Source: Candidatus Omnitrophota bacterium (GTDB taxonomy: Bacteria > Omnitrophota > Gorgyraeia > Pluralincolimonadales > Pluralincolimonadaceae). Taken from it: DNA of 64,000 bases. A program made the translations under genes and the position numbers. Shown here one piece after another: positions 8,376-16,974 of this stretch; position 1 is the stretch's first letter, and each line of letters starts with the position of its first letter. The DNA lies in the NCBI GenBank assembly GCA_041651455.1, contig JBAZJG010000007.1, forward strand, positions 2,478 to 66,477, in the 5' to 3' direction. The notes beneath the pieces were generated by a model that made no database searches, was not told the DNA's origin, and saw only the letters and a program-made list of their open reading frames with translations.

Positions 8376-10043
8376 TTATCCCAGTATCGCCTTCAGGTCG
8401 GCATCTGGGGTTGTTATCGGCTTGACCCCGAACTGTTCTACCAGCACCTTAAGCACGTTTTGCGAAGTGAACGCCGGCAACGACGGGCCTATCCGTATGT
8501 TCTTTACACCGAGCGAGAGCAGCGTTATGAGTATGCAGACCGCTTTCTGCTCGTACCATGAAAGCACCAGCGACAGCGGCAGGTCGTTCACGCCGCATTT
8601 GAACGCGTCCGCGAGTGCCAGCGCGATCTTGACCGCCGAGTAGGCATCGTTGCACTGCCCTACATCCAGCAGGCGCGGGATGCCTCCGATATTCCCGAAC
8701 TCCAGCGCGTTGAAACGGAACTTGCCGCATGCAAGTGTCAGTATTACGCAATCCTGCGGGACCTTCTCCGCGAGCTCGGTGTAATAATTGCGGCCGAACT
8801 TCGCGCCGTCGCATCCGCCGATCAGGAAGAAATGGCGTATCTTCTTCCCCTTTACCGCTTCGATGACCTTATCGGCTACGCCGAGAACCGCGTTGTGCCC
8901 GAAACCGACGAGTATCTCCTTTTGTATATTATCCTGCGGGAACCCTCCGAGTTCAAGCGCCTTTTTTACCACAGGCGCGAAGTCCTTTTTGTCGAACCCG
9001 GGGATGTGCGCCACTCCGGGCCACGCGACGAGGCCGGTCGTAAAAACCTGCGCCTTGTATGAATCGCGGGGCTTCTGGATGCAGTTAGTCGTGAACAGGA
9101 ACGCCGCCGGGACCCCCTCGAACTCTTTCTGCTGGTTCTGCCACGCCGTCCCGAAATGCCCGGCCAGGTGCTTGTACTTATTCAGCGCGGGATAACCGTG
9201 CGCGGGAAGCATCTCGCCGTGAGTATAGATGTTTATGCCCTTCCCCTCCGTCTGCCGGAGCAGCAGTTCGAGGTCGAGAAGGTCGTGGCCGGTCACGATT
9301 ATTGCCGGGCCCTTCTTAACTCCCAGCTTGACCGCGGTGGGTACCGGGTTGCCGAAGTGCCCCGTATTCGCCTTGTCCAGGAGCTCGAGGCATTTGAAAT
9401 TGACCTTGCCGAATTCCATGTTCATCGCGAGGAGCTCTTCAACGGAAAGGTTGTCTTCGGCGAGTTTCGCGAGCGCCTTATAAAAATATGAATTTACCTC
9501 TTCGTCTTCGAGGCCGAGCACCGACGCGTGGTCGGCATAGGCGGCCATGCCCTTCAACCCGTAAAGCAGGAGCTCCTGCAAGCTGCGCGCGTCTTCATCC
9601 TTCGCGGGCCACGCATGGACTCCTACCTGTTTGCCCTGATCAACGAGGCCTGCCGCACTGTCAGCGGGCTTCCAGTCGGCGGGAGCGGGCAGCTTTCCCG
9701 TAAAATCCTTGCCGTGCTGTTTCTTGTAGGCCTGCAGGAAGAGGCGCTTAACCTTCTCCTTTATCTCATACGCCCGGTTAAGGTATTGCGTGAGCCGTTC
9801 CGGGTCGAAATTAACGTTCGTGACTGTCGTGAAAAGGCCTTCTTTCACGAACAGGTCGACTTCCTTATCCCTTACTGCCAGTTCTCGCGCCATATTGCCG
9901 TAAACGGCGATGCCCTTCAACGCATATATAAGAAGGTCCTGCAATATTGCGGTTTCGGACGTTTTCCCGCACACACCTTGCGCTGTACAACCCGTACCCT
10001 GCGCGGTCTGCTCACACTGCCTGCAAAACATCTTGTTATCCAT
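8376..10043 (-). CDS. hcp: Hybrid cluster protein (hydroxylamine reductase)
   Basis: The N-terminus MFCRQCEQTAQGTGCT..GVCGK is the Hcp hybrid-cluster Cys motif. The 555-aa length also fits. Confidence 0.93.
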   Translation of the reverse strand: MDNKMFCRQCEQTAQGTGCTAQGVCGKTSETAILQDLLIYALKGIAVYGNMARELAVRDKEVDLFVKEGLFTTVTNVNFDPERLTQYLNRAYEIKEKVKRLFLQAYKKQHGKDFTGKLPAPADWKPADSAAGLVDQGKQVGVHAWPAKDEDARSLQELLLYGLKGMAAYADHASVLGLEDEEVNSYFYKALAKLAEDNLSVEELLAMNMEFGKVNFKCLELLDKANTGHFGNPVPTAVKLGVKKGPAIIVTGHDLLDLELLLRQTEGKGINIYTHGEMLPAHGYPALNKYKHLAGHFGTAWQNQQKEFEGVPAAFLFTTNCIQKPRDSYKAQVFTTGLVAWPGVAHIPGFDKKDFAPVVKKALELGGFPQDNIQKEILVGFGHNAVLGVADKVIEAVKGKKIRHFFLIGGCDGAKFGRNYYTELAEKVPQDCVILTLACGKFRFNALEFGNIGGIPRLLDVGQCNDAYSAVKIALALADAFKCGVNDLPLSLVLSWYEQKAVCILITLLSLGVKNIRIGPSLPAFTSQNVLKVLVEQFGVKPITTPDADLKAILG

Positions 10044-10455
10044 GTAGTATCTCCTTTATTGTCACGCCATTTAACTGCGCGACCGCGAACTCCTCGATCG
10101 CTTCCAATCTCTTCCTCAGGAAGCACGCCTTCCTGTTGGGGCATACCTTCCGCTTGAACATGCACTCATTGAGTTTGAACGGCCCCTGGAATATTTCCAT
10201 GACTTCGGTGATAAAAATCCTCTCCGGCGTCTTTGCGAGCCTGAACCCGCCTCCTTTGCCTTTCTGCGACATAAGAAGCTTTGCCGCATTCAGCTTCTGG
10301 AGTATCTTCCTCATGAACGGCCTGGGCATCCCTAACTCTTTTACGAGTTCCGTGACGGTAATAATACCGCCCTTCTCTTTCTTATCGCGCGCCGCCATGT
10401 AACACAGCGCCCTTACCGCGTAATCCGTGTTCCTCGTCACCAGTTTCGTGCTCAT
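10036..10455 (-). CDS. Rrf2-family transcriptional regulator (NsrR/IscR-like) with a Cys triad
   Basis: An N-terminal wHTH (YAVRALCYMA) and a C-terminal NECMFKRKVCPNRKAC motif (three Cys, Fe-S ligands) are present. The gene overlaps the hcp start by 8 nt. Confidence 0.85.
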   Translation of the reverse strand: MSTKLVTRNTDYAVRALCYMAARDKKEKGGIITVTELVKELGMPRPFMRKILQKLNAAKLLMSQKGKGGGFRLAKTPERIFITEVMEIFQGPFKLNECMFKRKVCPNRKACFLRKRLEAIEEFAVAQLNGVTIKEILHG

Positions 10456-10460
10456 GGCTT

Positions 10461-10489
10461 AATGATACCATATTGGTATCTTTTGTCAA
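10461..10489 (-). promoter_or_regulatory. Promoter (TTGACA-16-TATCAT) for the rrf2-hcp unit, containing the 17-bp perfect palindrome GATACCAATATGGTATC (NsrR-like operator)
   Basis: The minus strand reads TTGACAaaaGATACCAATATGGTATCATtaagccATG. The palindrome (plus 10464-10480) fills the spacer. Its half-sites AAGATAC..GTATCATT resemble the NsrR consensus AAGATGC..GCATCTT. The -10 lies about 6 nt from the ATG, so the Rrf2 mRNA may be leaderless. Confidence 0.45.
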
Positions 10490-10495
10490 GCAAAA

Positions 10496-10536
10496 TAAAA
10501 GGGACGGTTCTTGAGCTAATCAATAAACCGTCCCTT
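10496..10536 (-). terminator. Rho-independent terminator after the 188-aa secreted protein gene
   Basis: An 11-bp perfect stem (AAGGGACGGTT/AACCGTCCCTT) with a 16-nt loop is followed, on the minus-strand RNA, by UUUUAUUUUG. Confidence 0.55.
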
Positions 10537-10539
10537 AAG

Positions 10540-11106
10540 CTATTCCTCCCCTAACCTGCGGCTAAGGTAGCCACCGGTAAGGCCGTCTATCGTTGCGGTG
10601 AGTTCTTCTATGCGGAACTCCCTTTCGAGGTATGAGGCGCTTTCCTTATCCTGGATCTTCCCAAGCTGTTTTTGGATCTTTTTTCGCTCGAAGTATGCGG
10701 CGTTAAGGTCGTTTAGGATATCGTTTCTTAGCTGGACCATCAGCTTGGAGCGGGAGTCGATGGAAGTCTGGGCGCTGTTGTAGACGAGATCTCCTAAGTC
10801 CCACTTGGCGGTAAAGTCCCAGCTGCTGCTGGTGTCATCCGGACCTATGTAATAGTTGGTCTTACCGGAAAGCGTGGCTGCGGTAACAGTTGCGTCGATA
10901 TCGTTGCCGTATCCAACGCTTATCTCGGGGAGTAGGGCCTTCATTGCAGCTTGCTTGCGCCAGGTTGAGATCTTGTCCGGGCTGACCTCTGCATACTTTA
11001 TGGCGGCCTTCTGGAGCTCCTGGATGGTGGGCTCTTCCTGCGCCTTGGCCTGTATCGGTAGGAATAGAACTATACCTATTATGACTGCAGGTGCTATACG
11101 TCTCAT
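10540..11106 (-). CDS. Hypothetical secreted protein with a single TolC/OEP-like repeat
   Basis: A signal peptide MRRIAPAVIIGIVLFLPIQAKA is present. The segment TIQELQKAAIKYAEVSPDK...ALLPEISVGYG resembles one repeat of outer-membrane efflux proteins. GC content is lower than in the flanking genes. Confidence 0.4.
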   Translation of the reverse strand: MRRIAPAVIIGIVLFLPIQAKAQEEPTIQELQKAAIKYAEVSPDKISTWRKQAAMKALLPEISVGYGNDIDATVTAATLSGKTNYYIGPDDTSSSWDFTAKWDLGDLVYNSAQTSIDSRSKLMVQLRNDILNDLNAAYFERKKIQKQLGKIQDKESASYLEREFRIEELTATIDGLTGGYLSRRLGEE

Positions 11107-11166
11107 TCTTCTTATCTCCTTTCTGAGGTAATAGACGTAGATTATGAGGAAATTCTTTCAATTATC

Positions 11167-12069
11167 TTATCTTGACCGCTGTTCTTCCCATTCCCTGTAT
11201 CCGGGATAGACAGGGCCCAGTTCTTCGACCTCCCCAGCCTCAAGGTTGCGCAAACCATCGGGTTGGATATAGTAATCAAAACCATTCCTTTGCAGACGCA
11301 TCTTTCCATACTTTCCATTCGGAGTTATGAAATAACAATAAACATCTCCGTTGTCCTGCTTTCTATAATAATCATCCCACTTTATTGTGCTGACATAACC
11401 CGATTCCGGGGCTTCAGTCATCCATTCATATTTAGCATAATAATAATTTGATTCGATTTTATGTTTAGGATAACCTTTATAATAGACAAAGCCGCCCGGC
11501 TCTTTCATCGTATAAACAATCTCATCTTTGTCATTATATGTTCGTGTTAACCATACGGTATCGTCCTCATCAACAGGGAAGTACCATAATTTATTGAATG
11601 ACCATCCGTATTTCTTGTCTTCTGAAAACATATGGTATGGCACAAATGTATCAACATGCTGAAGCCTAGAAGGAACTCCCTTCTTGACGAGCCGGATCAT
11701 TAAATCTTTCGCGATTATCTTACCGCCTTTCTCGTATTCAGATAATTCTACCACATCCCCATGATATCCTTCCTTAGATGCTCTGATTGTGCAAAATGTT
11801 GCATCCGGCAGTTTCCAATCATACGTGCCATTGTAAAATACCTTCTCGTTCGTCTTTTTATCGGATGTAATTTCATCGTAAAATTTGCTTCTAACTACAT
11901 CCGGATATGTCACATTTTCAAGCTCGGCAATAAGGGTAACTTCGCTTGTGATCAGACTCCCATTCTGATCAACGATCTTGCCCGAGATTTCAATCTCGTT
12001 CAGAAATTGAAAAGCATACGTATAATTTCCAAATAGTACAAGAATTCCCATAACCACATATTTGTACAT
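11167..12069 (-). CDS. Hypothetical secreted protein (AT-rich island)
   Basis: The 300-aa product has signal peptide MYKYVVMGILVLFGNYTYA and an N-terminal CarbD_reg-like stretch (ISGKIVDQNGSLITSEV). It is rich in Tyr, Lys, Asp and Glu. The gene starts 1 nt after the stop of the 1060-aa gene. Confidence 0.45.
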   Translation of the reverse strand: MYKYVVMGILVLFGNYTYAFQFLNEIEISGKIVDQNGSLITSEVTLIAELENVTYPDVVRSKFYDEITSDKKTNEKVFYNGTYDWKLPDATFCTIRASKEGYHGDVVELSEYEKGGKIIAKDLMIRLVKKGVPSRLQHVDTFVPYHMFSEDKKYGWSFNKLWYFPVDEDDTVWLTRTYNDKDEIVYTMKEPGGFVYYKGYPKHKIESNYYYAKYEWMTEAPESGYVSTIKWDDYYRKQDNGDVYCYFITPNGKYGKMRLQRNGFDYYIQPDGLRNLEAGEVEELGPVYPGYREWEEQRSR

Positions 12070-12070
12070 A

Positions 12071-15000
12071 TTACCTCCTTATCAATATGTTTTTTAAAAT
12101 TAATGTATCATAATATTCAACTACATCATAATAATACTCATTTCCAATACTTAAATGATCGCGAATACCGTAAGGATGAACAGTATTTGGACCATATCGA
12201 ATGCTATCAAAATTTGATATTTTAGATTTTATGTCCTGGCCTCCTAATCCTCCCGATTTACTTATTTCAAATCTGTATCCACCCACATTTAAATAATCAT
12301 ACATATCATGTATAGGAAGCAGTATATACTCATCGTCTAAGGGCACCGGTAATCCGTATTTCCCTAATATACCGGACCACCATACTCCTTCCAGATCCCG
12401 CTTGAAAAGATCGATTATTTTGTCACCTCTATAATATAAGTTGTACATGATGCCTGTGATATTATTTTCTATCGAGGGCACATACATGTCCTTATAATAA
12501 TCTATTTCGGGTCTACTCGCATATGCGTTGCCTGGCACGGCTACCTGTGCCAGGAATACGTTATCAACTAATCCTTTCTTCCCTTGCGTTGCCAATAAGC
12601 GGAGAGCATATGAAATAAGATTTCCTCCTAACGAATGGGCAAGAATATTTATTCTGGCATTCTTGTATTCGCTTTTAGTATCCTCTATTATGTCGGCTAG
12701 AACCTGTCCGGTCTGAAATGAATTTACCCACTGATTATCGAATAACATTTTTGGATTATCAAGCCCACCGAGTCCCTCTTCAGTATCCCACGAAAACCCG
12801 ATAAAGCCACCTCTATAACCGGACCAATATAGACGTTTATATATTGTATTATTCCACTCGATTGCACTCTTCTTTGGCGTCCAAGCGCCGTGTATGAACA
12901 TTATTATTGAGGATGGATCCTTCATAAACATATCGTGTTTTTCTACACTTATATTGCGGTACCTCAGCTGTCCATCCATGTCAATGCTTGTGCCGCCCCT
13001 AACATCTACGAATCTATACATATCCCTTACATTTTTCACAGTAATATATACTTCGTCTAATATGATTTCTTCCTTCTTTTTACCATTGCTGAATTCTACC
13101 GCAAGTATAACCTTTAGCCGGCCGGGCTCCACCCCCTCAAATAGTGCGCAAAAGTCACCGTTATCATCGAAATATTTGGGATCAAGCTCTTTTTGATCTT
13201 TTGCAGAAAGGTTAAGAACAACTGTCTTTCTGTATTGTTCGATTGATGAATTTAGATCTTTCAGGTAAGTAAAATACATTAAATCCTTTAAATCTTTTAC
13301 TCTTTCAAATAATTTTATTCTGCCTGTTCCCTCTGCATTTAATTTATATTTTATTCCCTTATCCTGGCCTATCCATTCTTTGATATTCGGTACTGATATA
13401 TTAATCGGCATAAAATCTTCTAAATCGCGGATACCGTTTATGTTCCCATCGGCGCTGTCATTGCCCTTGCTATTTACTGCATCTTTATCATCCTGATGAA
13501 CCGGAGAATCGTCATAATCGTCATCATCATTCACCCAAAACACGCACCCGGGCTCGTTTTGCTCGACGGCGTTGTCCTCGCCGCCGAGGAAGCCGTCGTT
13601 GTTGGAGTCGATTAGGATATCGCCAGTAATACCGTATTCTACGTTCGCACAAAATAGCCTGGTGACGGGACCTGGACTAGAGGCAAATCCTGGATATAAA
13701 GGAGCGTCTATAACTAGTTGGAAATCTTTATCGGGATTATCGTTATCAAATACTACATATGTATGCAATGGCTTACACAGGTTCAGCGGCTCTTTCTTAA
13801 TAAGAGGTTCGGACAAGTACCCCATGCTTATCCCATTTGCCTTATATCTGCTAACATCTAAAGGCACATTCCACCAATTCTTGTCCATCCAAAACATATT
13901 AGATGTCTCAATAAACCAGCAATCTTTAAATATGATCGTATACTTATTTGTTTGTTTGGGTGGGCTGTGCAAGGTCATATTAATAGTATCCTCCCTTGTG
14001 GCTCCGTCCTGTACGTTAAAAAGACTGTCATGAAGAAAGAAGCCCCCTGCTATCCAAGGATAACTACCTATCGAATAATATGCTGTTCCTCTATCGTAAT
14101 AATTGTAGCGGCCGTGGTTGTTTTGATGGGTGTTAGTTGAATATATGGGGAATATGTCCCTCGTATCGTATTTTACATCTGCCCATCCTGCAAACGGTGA
14201 TTCTTGAAGAAAATCAGAATTATATGCGTCGGTATTATAATAATCATAATCCTCTGGTACTATCACGTATTCGCCCGTAAGCGGACTTAATACGGATCTT
14301 TCCACGTGTGTCCTGTTATTAGTGGATGAATACACAAATAACTGATAGTAGTTGTAAACTATCCTGTCCTCATAGGACTTTCCCGTATCCAAAGTAACTT
14401 TAACTTTTAGTATATTTTCCCCCGAATGCGTATTAGGGTCTACCCTCATCAGTATGTATTTGGGCGAATCAGCATTGACGTTATATTCTCTGGCTTTGCC
14501 CGGGCAGATGAGCATTGGACCTTCAAATGTTCCCGCCGGCTTGTTGAGTGCGCAGGGCTGGCCGTTGACGGTAATCGAGGTTATGCCTGCATTTAAATTG
14601 AATCTACCGCCTATCTTTAATTCCTTTTCGGTAATTACCTGGCCGGAGTACGGGGAACTGAATACAACGTCCTGATCTTTCCCCTTCTGGAGCTCCTTTG
14701 GTTGCTCTATCCGGCGTTCTGTCCGTGTTGAAAGCTTCTTCTTCGGAGGCGCCGTATAGCCTTCCGCTGCCGCGCCTACATCAACAACAGGCCCATCGGA
14801 TATCCTGCCGCCTCCCTGCATTGGCCCGCCCGGCTCTGAATATACCGAATACGACACCAGCCTCCTCCTACCGTTTGTATCTGCCATTGATATAAGGAAG
14901 GTATTAAGGCCTTCTTTTAACTGCAGGCGGCTGAATTCAAAGTTATTATCCTCTATTCTCGCTTCCGTTCCCTTGATGCTTACAGATTTTATCTGGAAAT

Positions 15001-15253
15001 CAGGCATAACCTTGCCTTTAAGGGTGAGATGGTCATCGCGGATGACAGAGAACTGCACGGGGGAAATAGATTTGAAGCCGACCGGGAGGTTTAGGTCTAT
15101 ATTAATGCCCCCGTGGGCGTTTGAAGGAATAAAAAAAGGCGTCATAATCGCCAGAAATACATACAGTATTAAATGTTTGATCTTCATATTTACCATTAAG
15201 TTGCCTGTTCTTCGAAACATGATTATTTTACCTCCCCTATATATACATGTCAA
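12071..15253 (-). CDS. Large secreted multidomain protein with a C-terminal alpha/beta-hydrolase (lipase/esterase-like) domain
   Basis: The 1060-aa product has a signal peptide (MKIKHLILYVFLAIMTPFFIPSNAHG; the true start is probably the internal Met near 15187). An acidic Asp-rich, Ca-binding-like segment reads DSNNDGFLGGEDN...NDDDDYDD. The C-terminal domain has IIMFIHGAW...NILAHSLGGNL, which is a GHSLGG serine-nucleophile elbow. The gene is markedly lower in GC than the flanks. Confidence 0.55.
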   Translation of the reverse strand: MTCIYRGGKIIMFRRTGNLMVNMKIKHLILYVFLAIMTPFFIPSNAHGGINIDLNLPVGFKSISPVQFSVIRDDHLTLKGKVMPDFQIKSVSIKGTEARIEDNNFEFSRLQLKEGLNTFLISMADTNGRRRLVSYSVYSEPGGPMQGGGRISDGPVVDVGAAAEGYTAPPKKKLSTRTERRIEQPKELQKGKDQDVVFSSPYSGQVITEKELKIGGRFNLNAGITSITVNGQPCALNKPAGTFEGPMLICPGKAREYNVNADSPKYILMRVDPNTHSGENILKVKVTLDTGKSYEDRIVYNYYQLFVYSSTNNRTHVERSVLSPLTGEYVIVPEDYDYYNTDAYNSDFLQESPFAGWADVKYDTRDIFPIYSTNTHQNNHGRYNYYDRGTAYYSIGSYPWIAGGFFLHDSLFNVQDGATREDTINMTLHSPPKQTNKYTIIFKDCWFIETSNMFWMDKNWWNVPLDVSRYKANGISMGYLSEPLIKKEPLNLCKPLHTYVVFDNDNPDKDFQLVIDAPLYPGFASSPGPVTRLFCANVEYGITGDILIDSNNDGFLGGEDNAVEQNEPGCVFWVNDDDDYDDSPVHQDDKDAVNSKGNDSADGNINGIRDLEDFMPINISVPNIKEWIGQDKGIKYKLNAEGTGRIKLFERVKDLKDLMYFTYLKDLNSSIEQYRKTVVLNLSAKDQKELDPKYFDDNGDFCALFEGVEPGRLKVILAVEFSNGKKKEEIILDEVYITVKNVRDMYRFVDVRGGTSIDMDGQLRYRNISVEKHDMFMKDPSSIIMFIHGAWTPKKSAIEWNNTIYKRLYWSGYRGGFIGFSWDTEEGLGGLDNPKMLFDNQWVNSFQTGQVLADIIEDTKSEYKNARINILAHSLGGNLISYALRLLATQGKKGLVDNVFLAQVAVPGNAYASRPEIDYYKDMYVPSIENNITGIMYNLYYRGDKIIDLFKRDLEGVWWSGILGKYGLPVPLDDEYILLPIHDMYDYLNVGGYRFEISKSGGLGGQDIKSKISNFDSIRYGPNTVHPYGIRDHLSIGNEYYYDVVEYYDTLILKNILIRR

Positions 15254-15404
15254 TGCTATTTTTTATGTCATTATATAATAGACGTAAATCTATAAATATT
15301 TCTTTCAAATTTTATAGTCCCTTTAAATAGCAATATATTCCTCTTTACAGCTCCCCTCTCCCCCTGTATAATTACGTATAATTCAAAATTGGGGGTTGAG
15401 AAAA

Positions 15405-15941
15405 ATGGGAAGAAAAGTATCAGCGATAGTATTTTGCCTTTTTTTAGTCCTTTCCTTCGACACGTTTTTATCAGTCGCACACGCTGATTTCAACGTCTAT
15501 ACAGTAGCTAATTCGGGCAGCATTTCACCGAAGACATCGTTCAGTTATGATGAGATTCCGTGGCTCTACATTGAAGTACCCGGTTTCAGCGGATATCCGG
15601 GAATGTACCCCAGGATGACGATATCGGCAGGATGGATGTACCAGGGCGAACCGCCTTCTATAACCGTGAATGGGTTCGACCAGGAATTTTATCCGAATGG
15701 TTTCCAGAATACGTGGATACAGCTGAGCGAGTGGGATTCCGTCAAACAGGTAGGTGCGTGGGATATTGCCGCGACTTACTCTATATATACCCTGAACGGA
15801 TATACCCCGAACTTCATCGCGAACGGGACAGATTTCTCGAGTTTTGAGGTAACTCCTATACCCGAGCCGACCTCCCTTATGCTTCTCGGCAGCGGCCTCA
15901 TAGGCATTTTCGGAACATTCCGCCGCAAGTTCAAGCGATAG
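15405..15941 (+). CDS. PEP-CTERM sorting-domain protein (exosortase substrate)
   Basis: An N-terminal signal peptide is present. The C-terminus is VTPIPEPTSLMLLGSGLIGIFGTFRRKFKR: a PEP motif, a hydrophobic helix and a basic tail. The ATG at 15405 has GGGGG 9 nt upstream. The ORF-track start at 15396 is a TTG. Confidence 0.7.
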   Translation: MGRKVSAIVFCLFLVLSFDTFLSVAHADFNVYTVANSGSISPKTSFSYDEIPWLYIEVPGFSGYPGMYPRMTISAGWMYQGEPPSITVNGFDQEFYPNGFQNTWIQLSEWDSVKQVGAWDIAATYSIYTLNGYTPNFIANGTDFSSFEVTPIPEPTSLMLLGSGLIGIFGTFRRKFKR

Positions 15942-16974
15942 TCCTGCCAATAGAAAAAGCAAGCGATGCCATACACGGCGCACACACGCCGGTCGCTTCG
16001 CTTATGCACCTCTTATTCGGGTAGATCTCGTATAACTTCCTATACTTCGCGGGCGTGTAGTTCGGCATAAGCACATTCGCGCCTGCCTTCAGCCCCTCCG
16101 CCCTGTAATCCTTTCCCATGCTCCCTAATGCGGTCGTAGCGGGCAGGTTAACCTTTTTTACCACGATACGCGTAAGCGCAAGCGTTTTCAGCACGAGGCT
16201 GACATCGCCGGGCTCTGTTCCGGCAAGCTGCGTCCTGTCGTGGGGTATGAACGGTCCTATGCCGATCATGTCGAAACCCCATTCCTTGAAGAATAATATG
16301 TCGTTAGCTATCGAGCGCAGCGTCTGCCCCGGCAGTCCTACCATTATCCCGGAACCGGTCTCGTAACCTAGCTCTTTCAGGTCGCGCAGGCAGCGCAGGC
16401 GGTTCTCGAATTCCATGCCGGTATGGAGGGAATCGTAGAGTTTCTTGTCAGAGGTCTCTATCTTAAGCAGGTACCTGTCGGCTCCCGCATTCTTCCATAA
16501 TTCGTAATCCTCACGGGGACGTTCGCCAACGGAGAGCGTGACGGCGATACCGTGTTTAGATTTTATCTCCTTAACGATGGCGGCGAGGCGTTGCGGGTCG
16601 AGCGCGGGGTCTTCACCGGACTGCAGGACTATCGTCTTGATATTATCGGATGCGATCTTCGCGGCGCTTTCCAGTATTTCCGCGTCCGACAGGCGGTATC
16701 TTTCGAGGGACCTGTTCGCGGCGTTGAGCCCGCAGTAATAGCAGTGCCTGCCGCAATGGTTGGAGAATTCGACGAGCCCGCGCAGGAGGATCGCTTCGCC
16801 GGCGTATTGCTTGCGGACCTCGTCGGCGCAATTATAAATCTCCCTGAGACCGGCCGCTCCTTCCTCATTAAGGATTGTCTCTATAATAGATACCGAGGGA
16901 CTAGCGCTGAGGGTGTCCCCCCGGAGGATGGCTCCGATGTATTTAGACGTATTCATCCCGCATCCCTGCGTCAA
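15931..16974 (-). CDS. hydE: [FeFe]-hydrogenase maturase HydE (radical SAM)
   Basis: The radical-SAM motif CGRHCYYCG is present. The product is about 345 aa and resembles biotin synthase. The gene is the last of the hydF-hydG-hydE run. Confidence 0.8.
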   Translation of the reverse strand: MTQGCGMNTSKYIGAILRGDTLSASPSVSIIETILNEEGAAGLREIYNCADEVRKQYAGEAILLRGLVEFSNHCGRHCYYCGLNAANRSLERYRLSDAEILESAAKIASDNIKTIVLQSGEDPALDPQRLAAIVKEIKSKHGIAVTLSVGERPREDYELWKNAGADRYLLKIETSDKKLYDSLHTGMEFENRLRCLRDLKELGYETGSGIMVGLPGQTLRSIANDILFFKEWGFDMIGIGPFIPHDRTQLAGTEPGDVSLVLKTLALTRIVVKKVNLPATTALGSMGKDYRAEGLKAGANVLMPNYTPAKYRKLYEIYPNKRCISEATGVCAPCMASLAFSIGRTIA

